Assembly (NCBI GenBank): GCA_010093995.1
Contig: ML992505.1
Location: forward strand, 124,001-160,233
DNA length: 36,233 nt
Origin: Elsinoe ampelina
Lineage: Eukaryota
Reading direction: 5' to 3'
Notes under the pieces: generated by a model
Told to the model about the DNA's origin: nothing
Databases searched by the model: none
The model's input: only the letters and a program-made list of their open reading frames with translations
In this document: positions 10,768 to 22,873 of the stretch, one piece after another
How positions within the stretch are numbered: the stretch's first letter is position 1
Layout: the number at the start of each line of letters is the position of its first letter
Made by a program: the position numbers and the translations under genes

Positions 10768-12968
10768 ATGAGTACGTATCCTCCACCCTCTCCTCCCTCA
10801 CCTGCCAAAGGTCCAAGTGCAGGCTCTGGTCACTCAAGCTTGGGCAGTCACAGACGGCCACTTGGGTGATCTCAAACTATCCCATACCTACACGAAGGCG
10901 CGAATCGCAAAAATTACTGACCCTAAATCAGGTTGGGACACAGGTCCCTCCGCCGCTCAATCCGGCTGGGATGACAACGCCCTCACCACAAACGGACACC
11001 ACAGTGCAAGCACCAACGGATTCGACGGCGGCAACACCAACGGCTTCGGTGGCGACGGCTTCGGCATCGACGACGACAATGTCTCGAAGCACGATCGTGG
11101 CTGCTTCAACTGCGGTCAGCCTGGGTGAGTGTCACGTATCGCAACATACTTGCATTGCAGCACTAATGATGCCAGACACAACAAGAGCGATTGTCCAGAG
11201 CCTCCAAAGAATAGTGGAGAGTGCTACAACTGCGGCGAGATCGGGTAGGTCATCTGAACAAGTTTAATTTCAAGCATCACTGATCATCATCCACAGCCAC
11301 AACAAGGCCGACTGCACCAACCCTCGCGTCGAGCGCGCCTTCACCGGGGACTGCAGGTCTTGTGGTCAGCCGGGTCATCGTGCTTCTGAGTGCGACCGTC
11401 GTCCACCCGAGGAGTGCAAGGCTTGCCGCCAGACTGGTCACAAGGCAGCCGACTGCACCAACCCGATGGCCATTTATGGCACTAACATTGACCTCTTCCC
11501 TCCTGACGAAGCGTGGTCCTTGCTCACCATTGCTGACAAAGGCAAGATTACGCCAGTATTCAAATACGTGAGTTCACTGCCGGGCCACAGGTTATCGGTC
11601 ACGTTCGCTAACATACCGCAGGCTCTCGACTGCTACACTCGCTCCATGCCTGACCTTGACTTCCCTCAAGTCGAGGAAGCACTCCGCGGCGCTGGCTTCA
11701 ACTTTCACCTGATCGCCAAAGAGCAGGAGGTTCCCGACACCAAGACTATCGTAAATCTTCAGGGTCAGAGGGACCAGACTTATGTCATCTCTTTCCAGTT
11801 CGGATACAAGCCGACTCGCCCCAAGTTCGCCAGTGGCTGGCCAACCTCTCCGGAAGACAACATGGAGCGTCTGAAAAAAGCTGGATACGTCATGGACACC
11901 GGCGTCCCCAAGTGTTCCAACTGCGATCAGCTCGGACACATCGCCAAGTCCTGCACAGAGGAGAAGGTTGAGCGTGAGAAGATTGAGATCAAGTGCTACA
12001 ACTGCAGCGAGATTGGGCACTATGGTCGCGACTGGTGAGTCTTCCAAGCTCCAACCTTTGTCTAATACCTCGCTGACCATCTCTCAGTACCAATCCCCGT
12101 CAGGATAGGAACGCCTGCCGCAACTGCAAGCAGCCCGGTCACAAGGCCGTCGACTGTACCGAGCCTCGTTCTATGGAGGGTGTCGAGTGTCGTTCCTGTG
12201 GTCAGAGTAAGATCAGAAAGAAGCTCGTACCTTAGTGAAGCTACTGACAACTCGCAGCTGGTCACTTCTCCAAGGATTGTCCCGACCGTCAGCCCATGCT
12301 CTGCCGCAACTGCAACCAGGAGGGCCACAAGGCTATGGACTGCACTGAGGAGCGCAAGATGACCTGTCGCAAGTGTAACGAAGATGGTCATATGGCTCGC
12401 GACTGCCCTTCAGCTCCAGTCTTGACCTGCTACAACTGCGGTCAAGAGGGTCACGGCAAGAGCCAGTGCCCCAACGAGCGTGTTTTCAAGTGCCGCAAGT
12501 AAGTCAACCACACCAGTCTCCTTTGTTCAAAACTGATATCCCTCCAGCTGCGACCAGGAGGGTCATTCCGCTCGCGAGTGCCCAGAGCCTCAGAACCCTG
12601 CCAACATGGTCTGCCGCAACTGCGATGAGAAGGGTCACATGTCTCGTGATTGCCCCAAGCCTCGCGACTACTCTCGTATTCAGTGCCGTAACTGTGGCGA
12701 AAGTGAGTACCTCATCCCCTTCATAACACGAACATCAAGTTGCTAATGATTCCCTCCAGTGGGTCATACCATCGTCCGCTGCAAGAAGGACCCCGCCGTC
12801 GATGACCTCAACGGAGGCTTTGCCGCCACTACTTTCGGAGGTGGTGGTGCTGCTGCTGAGACTGCTGGTGGAGCTGACGATTGGACCAACGGCAACGACA
12901 ACAATACTGGTGGAGGATGGGAGAGTGCTCCAACGACCTTCGCTGCCGATCACGGCTCAGGTTGGTAA
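10768..12968 (+). CDS. Multi-CCHC zinc-knuckle nucleic-acid-binding protein (CnjB/CNBP-like), 14 knuckles
   Basis: Exon 1 is ATGA. GT-AG introns at 10772-10931, 11125-11175, 11245-11296, 11568-11621, 12035-12087, 12207-12257, 12499-12547 and 12703-12759. The spliced product has 14 CX2CX4HX4C motifs and Gly/Trp-rich termini (MSWDTG... ...GSGW*). Confidence 0.9.
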
Positions 12969-13584
12969 GGAGACGGCAGCAGCCAGTGAGCTTGTTGACC
13001 TTGGTCGACAGCCCCAGCGCACAAGGAGTACATGGTCTGAGATGGAAAGACGAGTCTGCAGGGTTGACAACAGAATCCAGGCAGAGAAGATCCGGCACGA
13101 TCAGTAGTTAGTGCAAAGAATTGAAAAGGCTTTCTAGTTGAACATCACTTCACATCAATATTGGTGACTGCAAATATTACTTGGATTGACGTGTCTGGTC
13201 TGTAGGCTCCAAGCTGAGGTGCGCTATCATCTTCTTCAAGCCCTGTCCCTTTCCAGTCCTCTCATGCTACAAGCTCTTCCCGATCTCTGCAGAACACTCT
13301 GTTACCATCGGATTTGACGAGCGAGGATGCTCAGATCTTACCAGATACCAAAGCCGTAGGTGTTGATCCAGCACGCTCTATTAAGGTCCAATGACTACCA
13401 GATCTCACCCCAACTACCAGATTCGCTCATGCAGTCCAAGCAGTCCGGCGTGCTCCAGCATACCGTGCCCTGATATATCCTTCCAGTAGTACTGACCAAA
13501 CCCTCAACAGAGCTCTGCAAGTGAAGCAGCAACAAGTCGGCCCAGAGCCGATGGAAAGTATGACTCTTCGTGTCGCATACACCA

Positions 13585-14507
13585 CTACTTCGAAGATGGA
13601 CCACCCAGCAGTTCCGCAAGGTTCGCAGACTTCCTCGTCACTCTCCTAGCAGTACCTCTGCCAGTATCTGGCTCTGGTTCTTTCCCTTCCTCCTCCCCTG
13701 CACCCTCCCCGCTGAGCCTCTTGCTCCTCCTGACTGATTCGGATCTGTCTACTCCACGACCACGACCTTTCCCGCGGCCCCTACCACGACCACGACTGCC
13801 GCGCGGACGACCTGTGGTGGGACGTATTTGACTTTCGCTTCGGTCATCCTTGCTGGAGGCTTCGGATTCTTCCTTGGTGTTGGTACCGGCAGTAGGCGGC
13901 GCAGGTATGGCAGGCGGGATAGCGTCGTCTTCGTGTCCACGGTCTGGCAGTTGGCCCTCACAAACGATACCGTCCATGACATCCACTGCTTCGCCTTCTG
14001 CTTCGCCTTGCCCACATCTTCTCCTGCTCCACCTTCCATCTCCTCAGCCGCAGCTTCTCCGGTACCCTGCAACAACGCCCCTGCTTCCTCAACCAAGATA
14101 CCACCTCCCACGTCCCCTTCCTGCAGACTACCCTCGGCATCCCTTCCAGCCTTGTTCCCAATCACACTCCCATCCTCCGTCCCCTGCACCCCCTTTCTCC
14201 CCTCCAAATCTCCCTCAGCATCCCCTCCACCCTTTCCCTCCCTCCCGGCCTCCCGATGCTGAAGATGTGAAATCCCCTCCCTCACAGTCTTATCCTTCAT
14301 CCACCCCTCATCAGGCATACCATACTCGTCCATAATAGCGAGGACGCCTTCTTGCCATCTTGGGGAGCCGCGTTGGATGTAGTGCGAGAGACCGAGGGCT
14401 TGGATCTGGGCGAGCGGGTCGGGGTGATAGGATTTGTTGCTTGGTGTGCTGGGGTGTGGGGAGTGGGGAGGAGAAGGGGGCGGGGAGGTCATGGGGGTGT
14501 CTTCCAT
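13585..14507 (-). CDS. Hypothetical low-complexity (Gly/Glu-rich, RG-repeat/AT-hook-like) protein, split by an apparent frameshift near 14010
   Basis: ATG 14507 follows a C/A-rich leader. The acidic Gly-rich frame (13749-14507) hands over to a second frame (..QGEAEGEAVDVMDG.., ending 13585) that carries 'GRPRGSRGRGRGRG' and 'RRSKR'. No convincing intron was found. Confidence 0.45.
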
Positions 14508-14864
14508 TGTGGCGTGGGTTTTGGAGAGGTTGTAGAGGTTGTGGAAGGAGGTGGTGTGGGTAGCGGAGGGAGGGGTGATGATTGGAGGATGTGAAAAGGA
14601 GGTAGGAAAGACGGAAGAGAAAAGTGGATGTGACAGGGAGGATTTGAGATGGATGTGGTTTCACACAATCACATGTCAGGGTGTGAGAGGAGGGAGAATG
14701 GTTCAACAAGATCGCATTACTCGTTGTTGCATCCCCGATTGCTGGAGCACTTCCTGATCGCAACCATAACAACGCCGCGAAGACATCAAGGAAAGTTCCG
14801 GCCGTATTCGTCGTAGGATGTGATATCATTTCAGCCGTGAAGGATTCGAATCATGGTGGCGGCT

Positions 14865-15240
14865 TCATATCGGTATGGCATTGCTGATAGCGGCGGAAGT
14901 GTCTGCCGGTGTGGAGAGCATTCTGAGAGTCGTCAGTGATGTTTCCAATGGACGGACAAGGCTCTTACTTTTTGCCAGTATCTGTTGCACAGCAACCGCA
15001 CAGAAGAGATGCTGGCCAGCATACGACCTGATGGAAGTTAGCAAGAATCGGTCGAAGCGGAACCCTTTCTCACCGCCAGTACCACAGCAGTGAAGAAGCC
15101 GATGGTTGGTCCAACTACCTGCAAGAATTCAGCACTGCCCTTGACATTATTGTGCTGGTAAGAAATACCTTGCAGTGGCAGGGATTTTGATCAGTCCCGC
15201 ACTGGAAGCAAACAATGGGCAAGGGGATGCAGTCGCACAT
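14865..15240 (-). CDS. Small Cys-rich putative membrane protein, 77 aa, 4 exons
   Basis: Exons 15240-15169, 15118-15074, 15027-14969 and 14922-14865. Three 46-50 nt GT-AG introns, with branch sites GCTAAC and CTGAC in introns 2 and 3. Product: MCDCIPLPIVCFQCGTDQNPCHCKVVGPTIGFFTAVVLAVVCWPASLLCGCCATDTGKKMLSTPADTSAAISNAIPI*. Confidence 0.82.
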
Positions 15241-15949
15241 GTTTTCGGTCACTGGGCTGATAGGATGTTGTCGATGGCGTAGGAGTGGACAGAATGAGAG
15301 GGTAGGGTTGTAGGACGTGGCCAATGTCCTGTATAAATGTCGACGAGCTACCACAGCTGGATACCTGATAGGATGACGTCGATCATACCTTCTCCCCGTC
15401 TCCACTTGGCGCCAATGAGGATCAATATGGTTCAGTCTGGGAGTATCGCAATCGTGGTTGATGATGGATGTATTGGGCTCTTTGTATGCATTTGGGATTA
15501 GCGTGATGAGAGATGAATGCAAATCGCTCTTGCCATTGCTATCAAGAATGAATACCAAAACGTCTATCCGGAATGCCGGTGGTCTGGGTGGATCCGTGCG
15601 AGGCGCAATGCGGCTCTTTTTAAGCTCGGCAGATCTGCCGTACCAATCTCCGCTTTTGGACCTTGAAATGTCTCTGAACTCCTGTTCGTGGCCGTGACCA
15701 CCTCACCTCTTCCAACTTAGAGCATTTCTCCTTGCTGACGATCACGGCTAGCTATTCAACCTCTTGTTCTGGAACTAGAGCATACTCCAGAATCGCGAAC
15801 CCTGGGGCCCCAGTACCATCGATACTAACCTACCCCTCCTGCGCTGCCTGCGTCACAACAATTCATCTCCGCAACACCTCCGCAACATGACTTCGAGCTG
15901 ACAACAACTTCAAAGCGCAGTAAAGGCGTAGGACGAGACGCGAAGAGAT

Positions 15950-18900
15950 ATGTCGGAACTCGTACAATGGTCTTCAGCAGCACGCAGCAGGCCCAGTCTT
16001 GAAGATGACATAATCTCTCCGAGGACAGTCACGCCCAAGTCGTCCTTTAACCGCAAGACCAGACCGACCCATTCGAGATCCAATCCGTCACTGAGATACT
16101 CCCCGACACGGAAGGAAGCTTTCAACGAGGACTACGAGCGGAGACCGTCACCGCTACGAACAGAATTCAAGGCCAATGCAGACCACGACCGCGCGTCCGA
16201 TGCAGAGGGTCGCACGCCCACTTCCGTCGTCGCTTCCAGTGCTGGATCTGTCAACAGCTTTCGTCTTCAAGATGCGCCAAAAGGAAGGAAGAAGCCAAGC
16301 GGCTACTTCGCCTTGCAAAAGACACTACCGGAGACCGCCGAGACAAGCAACGATCCGGAAGTGCCACAGCTGCAACTGAGAAGAACAGTCTCAAGCCTCT
16401 CCGGAACCCACACCCCTCCCGGTCGCAGGAGTGTACAATTTGCGAGACCAAACGAGAACGATGGCATTGATCCGCCATTCCGGACTCCTCTTACTCCAAA
16501 CAGCAGACCAGACGAGCTTGACGAGAGCGGCAATAGACAAGTCTCCCTCTTTGCCCGATTAAAGGCCCTTGCCTCTCCGACCTCATCCGCTACGCCACAT
16601 GGTCGACATGCCAGCGCTGGCGAATCATCTCTCGGCACACCTTTCATGACTCCGAACTCAGAAAGAGAAGAACCGAGATACCCAACGAGTTTGCAATATG
16701 GTAGCGAAGCTGAAGGCGATGTCGACGAGAGCTCCGGCGGTGAGGAGGCAGGCAGGAGCAGGAGTAAGCCGCGGCGACGCAAGAAGAGATGGCTAGACCC
16801 AGGCGGTTCCTCCACAGCTCCAACCACACCTCGGAATGGCCGATTTCCCTCTTTCTTGCGCGACTCTTCCAATACACCCCGGGAAGAGACAGAGGCACGT
16901 CCCGGAGGATTTGTACGAAGATCGACCATGAACGACATACCCGAAGACACTACACGAGCAGGATACTCCGAGGATGAAGGAAGAGATCGCATAGCAAAGC
17001 GGTGGAAGCGTGGCATTGAGGGCGCTCGTGGCCTCAGCTACTCGAATGCTGTCAGGCGTAGAGACAGGTCAGAGTCGCCAGAAGGCCGTCGACCCACAGC
17101 TTTTAGGAGACTCACAGCCTTTACTGCTTTCGACGGCAGCAGCTCGCCATTCCGGACCCGTGCTGAGCGGCCTGGTAGTCTCAGTGCACAGAAATGGCGC
17201 CAGGTCAAAGCCGGTCTCAAAATGTTGGGTCAAAAGAAGAAGGACGCCCGCATAAAGGTCGACTACGAGAAATCAGCCGAGCTCATGGCCGAGCTTTTGG
17301 CTGGGGCTCCTGCAGCTCTCTTCCTAGCAAGCATGTACCAGCGCGATGAGCATGGCAAAAAGAAGATCCCCGCCCTCCTTGAACAGCTCAAGGTCTCTAT
17401 TCCGAGCAGCTCGACAAGAGAGGACAAGGCTGGTGACCGCCATCTAGTGTTTACCGTCAACCTGGAGTATGGAAACGGTCCCTCAAGGATGACTTGGACC
17501 ATCCATCGATCATTACGAGACTTTGGCAACCTGCATCTCAAGTACAAGCTGCAAAGTCAGACAGAGCGCTACATTCAACTCAAAGGAGACGACCGTCATC
17601 GTGCAAAGATCCCTCGATTCCCTCGAAGCGCTTTTCCCTACCTTCGAGGCTTCCGCGGTCTCGGTGACGAAGATTTCGAAGATGAAGACCCGGCAGGCGA
17701 CCAGGGCGGTGCTACTGAGGGCGAGCAGTCCGGCGCCGAAATGCCCATGAGTGCAAAGAAAAGACGGCAGTCTTCCACAGTCGGCCGCAAGGCATCTTTC
17801 CACAGGCGCAAGCCTAGTTCGCTTGCCCTTGGCGAGAATGCCAACCAAGAAGGCGCTGATGGAGAGAACAAAGGTCCATACCCCGATCGGCAACGAAAGA
17901 AGCTGGAAATCTATCTTCAACAGATGATCAGATGGTTGATCTTCCGTCCCGACAGCACCAGACTTTGCAAATTCCTCGAGCTGTCTGCCCTGTCCATGCG
18001 CTTATCTGTCGAAGGTGGCTATCATGGCAAGGAGGGTCTGTTGTCCATCACTTCCAAGCGCGCTGTCGAACGTGGTGGTCTTCGGGCTTTCAAAGCCTTC
18101 CCAACCCGCCTGAAGTCCTTCCCTGACAGACACAAGCCTAAATGGTTTATGGTAAGGGACAGCTACATCGCAGCTGTCGACTCGCCAGAGTCCCTCATTC
18201 CCACCGAAGTCTTCCTGGTCGACTCTGACTTTTCCACTGACAACAGGATGAAGCGACTACGAGATCAGACTGCTCAAGAAATAGCAAAGACCGCGAAGGC
18301 GTCGGCACAGCCGCAACATCACCTGCTCAAAGTATTCAACGCGGAACGGAAGCTCCGTCTTCTTGCTCGGAACGAACGTCAACTCATACAATTCAAAGAG
18401 TCAATCGACTACATGAAGGAGAAGACTATCTGGGCTCGTAAGCAGCGCTTCGACAGCTTCGCGCCTGTGCGCAAGAATGTATTTGCCCGTTGGCTGGTTG
18501 ATGGAAGAGATCACATGTGGCAAGTCTCCCGAGCCATCGATAATGCTCGCAACTTTGTCTACATTCATGACTGGTGGTTGAGTCCCGAGCTCTATCTACG
18601 GCGACCTCCGGCGATCAGTCAACGCTGGCGACTAGACAGGTTGCTACTGGAGAAGGCACAGCAAGGCGTCAAAATCTTTGTCATCGTGTATCGCAACATC
18701 GAATCGGCTATACCCATCGATTCCGATCACACCAAAGCACATCTTCTCGAGCTTCACCCAAATATCTGCGTACAGCGGTCACCCAACCAGTTCCGACAGA
18801 ACCAATTCTTTTGGGCTCATCACGAGAAATTGGTTGTCGTTGACAATGCCATGGCTTTTGTTGGCGGTGTCGATCTATGCTTCGGTCGATGGGACGATCC

Positions 18901-21900
18901 TCATCACGTATTGACTGACGACAAGTTGACCGGCTTTGAATCAGACTTCCCTGGTGTGCGCAATTCGCACACGTGCCAATCGTGGCCTGGGAAAGATTAC
19001 TCTAACCCAAGGGTGCAGGACTTCTTTTCTCTCGACCAACCGTACGAAGAGATGTACGATCGGACCAGGGTACCTCGTATGCCTTGGCATGACATCGCCA
19101 TGTGCATTGTAGGACAGCCTGCTCGCGACGTTGCCCGGCACTTTGTCCAGCGATGGAACTACATTCTTCGTCAGCGGACTCCGTCGCGCCCAACACCAGT
19201 CCTGCTCCCACCTCCCGAATTCGAGCAAGAAGAGCTCGACAAGATGGGCATGTCTGGTACTTGTCAGATCCAAATCCTGAGATCGTGCAGTTCTTGGTCT
19301 ATAGGCACACCAAACAAGACCGAGTGCAGCATCATGAACGCCTACGACCACCTGATCCGCAGCTCGGACCACTTTGTCTATATCGAGAATCAGTTCTTCA
19401 TCTCCAGTTGCACGGTAGAAGGTACAAAGATTCACAACAAGATTGGGGACGCTCTTGTCGACCGCATCGAGCAAGCGTACGAGCAGGGAGACAAGTGGAG
19501 AGCCTGCATCATCATCCCTCTCATGCCTGGTTTCCAAAGCAGCGTCGATTCCCAGGACGGGACCAGTGTTCGCCTCATCATGCAATGCCAGTATCGAAGT
19601 ATCTGCAGAGGCGACAGCTCCATCTTTGGACGGTTGAAGGCCAAGGGTATCGATCCGACCGAGTACATCGACTTCTATGCACTTCGTCAGTGGGGCAAGA
19701 TTGGTCCCAACCAGAGTTTGACAACCGAGCAGCTATACATCCATGCCAAGTGCATGATTGTTGACGATCGTGCCTGCATCATTGGATCTGCAAATATCAA
19801 CGAGAGATCCATGCTCGGCAACAGAGATTCTGAAGTTGCGGCCCTGGTTATCGACCAGGAGACCATGCCTTCTCGAATGGGTGGCAAGCCTTATGATGTC
19901 GGCATCTTCCCGCACACTCTCCGTATGCGTCTCATGCGTGAGCATCTTGGCATTGATGTTGACGAGCACTACCACCAAGAAGGTGATGCGGCTTCGGACA
20001 GCTCGTCGGTCATGGATCCTATTCAGATTGTGCAGGAAAACTATACCACCCCACCCGCCTCTCCTAGAAAACTCACCGAGCAGAATCTGGCTGCCGATCA
20101 AAGCAAACAGCAACAGCAAACGCAGCAGGATCCACGACTTTCGGCTGATTCGCTTAGACAGTGGATCACGAAGACTGGTAACGACGCATCGAGTCATACA
20201 CAGGCATCAGAGCCTGATGCCAACAATGCCAGCAAAGGCAAGACGTATGGCGAGAAACTCGACCTCGATGTTGCCGGGTTCGGCTTTGACAACGCACGTC
20301 GCCTGAGCGATGCTGGGGTGACTGCTGGGAGAGAATCCTTTGTCAACACACATGGTCATGAGGTCCTTGCTGCGCCAGCGGATGCGTACGAGCCCAGGCG
20401 TAATTCATCAGTAGTCAGATCACATGGTGCAGCCGTCGCCGATACCAGCATGAGTCCGACTCCTCCGTGGAGCTTTCCACGCCAGACAACTCAACAACTC
20501 GGCCTCACCCAGCTCTCCCAGCTCCCGGCGTTGCCTGTTAGTGATGACACCGATATCGGCGGTCCCCCTGTCACAAGAAACATGTCGACTACATCTGCAA
20601 CCTTTATCAAACCTTTGCTGTCCTCTCTACGCAGACCCATCGTCGAGGATGACTGCATGCAAGATCCTCTCGTCGATTCCTTCTTCAAGGACATCTGGCA
20701 CCGCGTTGCAGAAAACAACACGAAGCTGTACCGGCAGGTATTCAGGTGCATGCCAGATTCGGAAGTACAATCTTGGAAGGAATATCGGGAATACAACGCA
20801 TACAGCGAGAAATTCATGCAAAGCCAAGGTTTAGGTCAGAGTAAGCCGAAACAGCCACCTGGTCCGCATGCCTCTGGGCCTCCGGGCAGCGCAGCGGGCA
20901 CCGAGAGTATCGCTAGTGATCGAGCAGACGGCGAGGCCAAGGCCTCCAAGAACAGATTGAGCGGATTCGCGAGCAAGATTTTACGCCCCACAAGCAATGC
21001 TTCGGAGCTGAACAAGCGGCAGAGCATGCCGGACATGAGCGAGAAGGGCAAGGGACAAAATCCTGGCAATGTGGACCTAAGTCAGCAACTCGCTCAAGTG
21101 GACGGTAACGGTGACTTGAACGAGAAGTCAAATGGTCTGGTGGCTCCTGACACCGCCACCACCACCACGAATACCACAGAGACGAACAACGGGCTTGCCC
21201 AACATGAGACGAACACGTTGACGGTGCCGGCCAGCCCCAATCCGGACAAGCACAGCTCGGCGGATCCTGAGAAAGCTAATGGCACTACTTTGCAAGCGAG
21301 AAGGTCACGCACCATCACCTTCAGCGCCTCAAACAACCACAACGATCCTAATGATGCGCCAGAGACGACAGCGACGCAGAGTGCTCCTAACAAGGAAGCC
21401 GAAGCCAAGCGAAGGAGGCGAGCAACGACTAGGAGCAGCATGAGACCGACTATTCTGCCGGAGGAAGTGCTGGAAAAGGAGGATGCAGAGCAACTGCTCA
21501 AGCTAGTGCAAGGTCACCTGGTGTTATGGCCGTACGAATGGTTAGTATCCGCTTCCGACGCATGGCCCCTTTGGACTGGCGCACACCGAGCCGTATTCGG
21601 GGTCTGGACGTGATCGAGGCTCCAGGCGTGTTCTGAGCGCCATTTCATCCATCCCCTATTGATTGGCTTTTGCTGGCGATCGCCCATTGATTTATTGTTT
21701 GCGGTATACTTGATTTCTTGCTTCTGACCCAGCACTTCCATCAATTGCACGCATAGAAGTGGAATATAGGCTGACTTGATGACAGGCTTGAGCGAGAAGA
21801 GAGAGGCGGGAATTGGCTGTACAACATTGATCAGATCGCACCTCTGGAAATCTAGTAAGTCTAGACTTTGCAAGAAGGACGCTCCTGCAAGAGCCCTGCT

Positions 21901-21920
21901 GACCAAACTGCAGCGACTGA
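15950..21920 (+). CDS. SPO14: Phospholipase D1 (Spo14-type; PX/PH region and two HKD motifs)
   Basis: One very large first exon with 'HHEKLVVVD', 'RMPWHD', 'YIENQFF', 'YIHAKCMIVDD' and 'GSANINERS'. Introns at 21541-21785 and 21855-21913 restore the conserved C-terminus LWPYEWLEREERGGNWLYNIDQIAPLEIYD*. Confidence 0.95.
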
Positions 21921-22873
21921 TCCTCTGACTCTCAATCCTCTGGACAACGCATCGGAGTCGAAATAAGCATTCGAAAATTCTGCCCTAATTCATCAGCATC
22001 AGCGACGGCGTCTAGGATTCCCATCGCGGTGGTCGTTGTGTACCATTTGTACGTTAAACCGCTTTATTCATGGGCGGGATTGTACTACAAGTGGTAGATT
22101 TGGTGGTTGATGAGGATTGTACATAATCACACGAGCAATCGCAAATACACCAACCGATTCGCTGCCCGCCTCAATAATCAAGCGGCCATTAAAGTATTGA
22201 CATGGTTTTGGCTCGTGTGACGCTCATAACATCCTCCTTTGTGCGAAGATGCTGCGTGTCCAATGATAGAAGTGCTTGTGATCATTTATGCATCCAACTC
22301 CAGAAGCTTGCTCGGATGCTCTAGCCCATCGAACGCCCGTCACAGGCCCGTCGTATATGCGCTCCACTGTGTCAGATCGCATGCCACGTGCTCACGATCG
22401 CATTGGCAGAAATGCGGGATCATGTGTGACATGGTGCACATAAAAAAGCTTCGACTTTGATGCGATGGTGCGGCGGATTGATGTAAAACATTTGTCGAAA
22501 TTTTGGCACGTGACTCCAACGCCCCCACGCTTTTTCCCCGACTCAACATTCCGCCACTTGTACTTTCATCCTTCCATCCTCGCCCGTGACACCTTCCTTG
22601 CATGCACGGGTCGTCTCGCTCTGGAAAGGATACCATCTCATCGATCATCCCAGGACAGAAATATCCATCGCTCGCCTGCCTGCTGCTTCTCTGCTCTGCT
22701 CGCTGCCTTTGATCGCATTCTTCCATCACAGACAATTCAGCAACCTAATCTAATTGCGCAGTTCCAGTTCCACTCATCACCAGCAACTAAAAGCAACGGG
22801 AACTGCTCTTCTCATCGCATTTGGATATCCGCTTTCTCCGACCTTCAACTACCAGGAACCTTGCCCATCTGGC

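Noticed and set aside
10932..12790. CCHC knuckles as a retrotransposon gag remnant
   Set aside because: Eight spliceosomal introns, no pol domains or LTRs and no RIP signature indicate a cellular gene.
15115..15558. 147-aa minus-strand ORF
   Set aside because: Only its segment 15240-15169 is credible, as exon 1 of the spliced micro-protein; the rest is leader or intron read-through.
21541..21613. ORF-track C-terminus of PLD1 (LVSASDAW...GVWT)
   Set aside because: Read-through into an intron; the conserved C-terminus is recovered by splicing.
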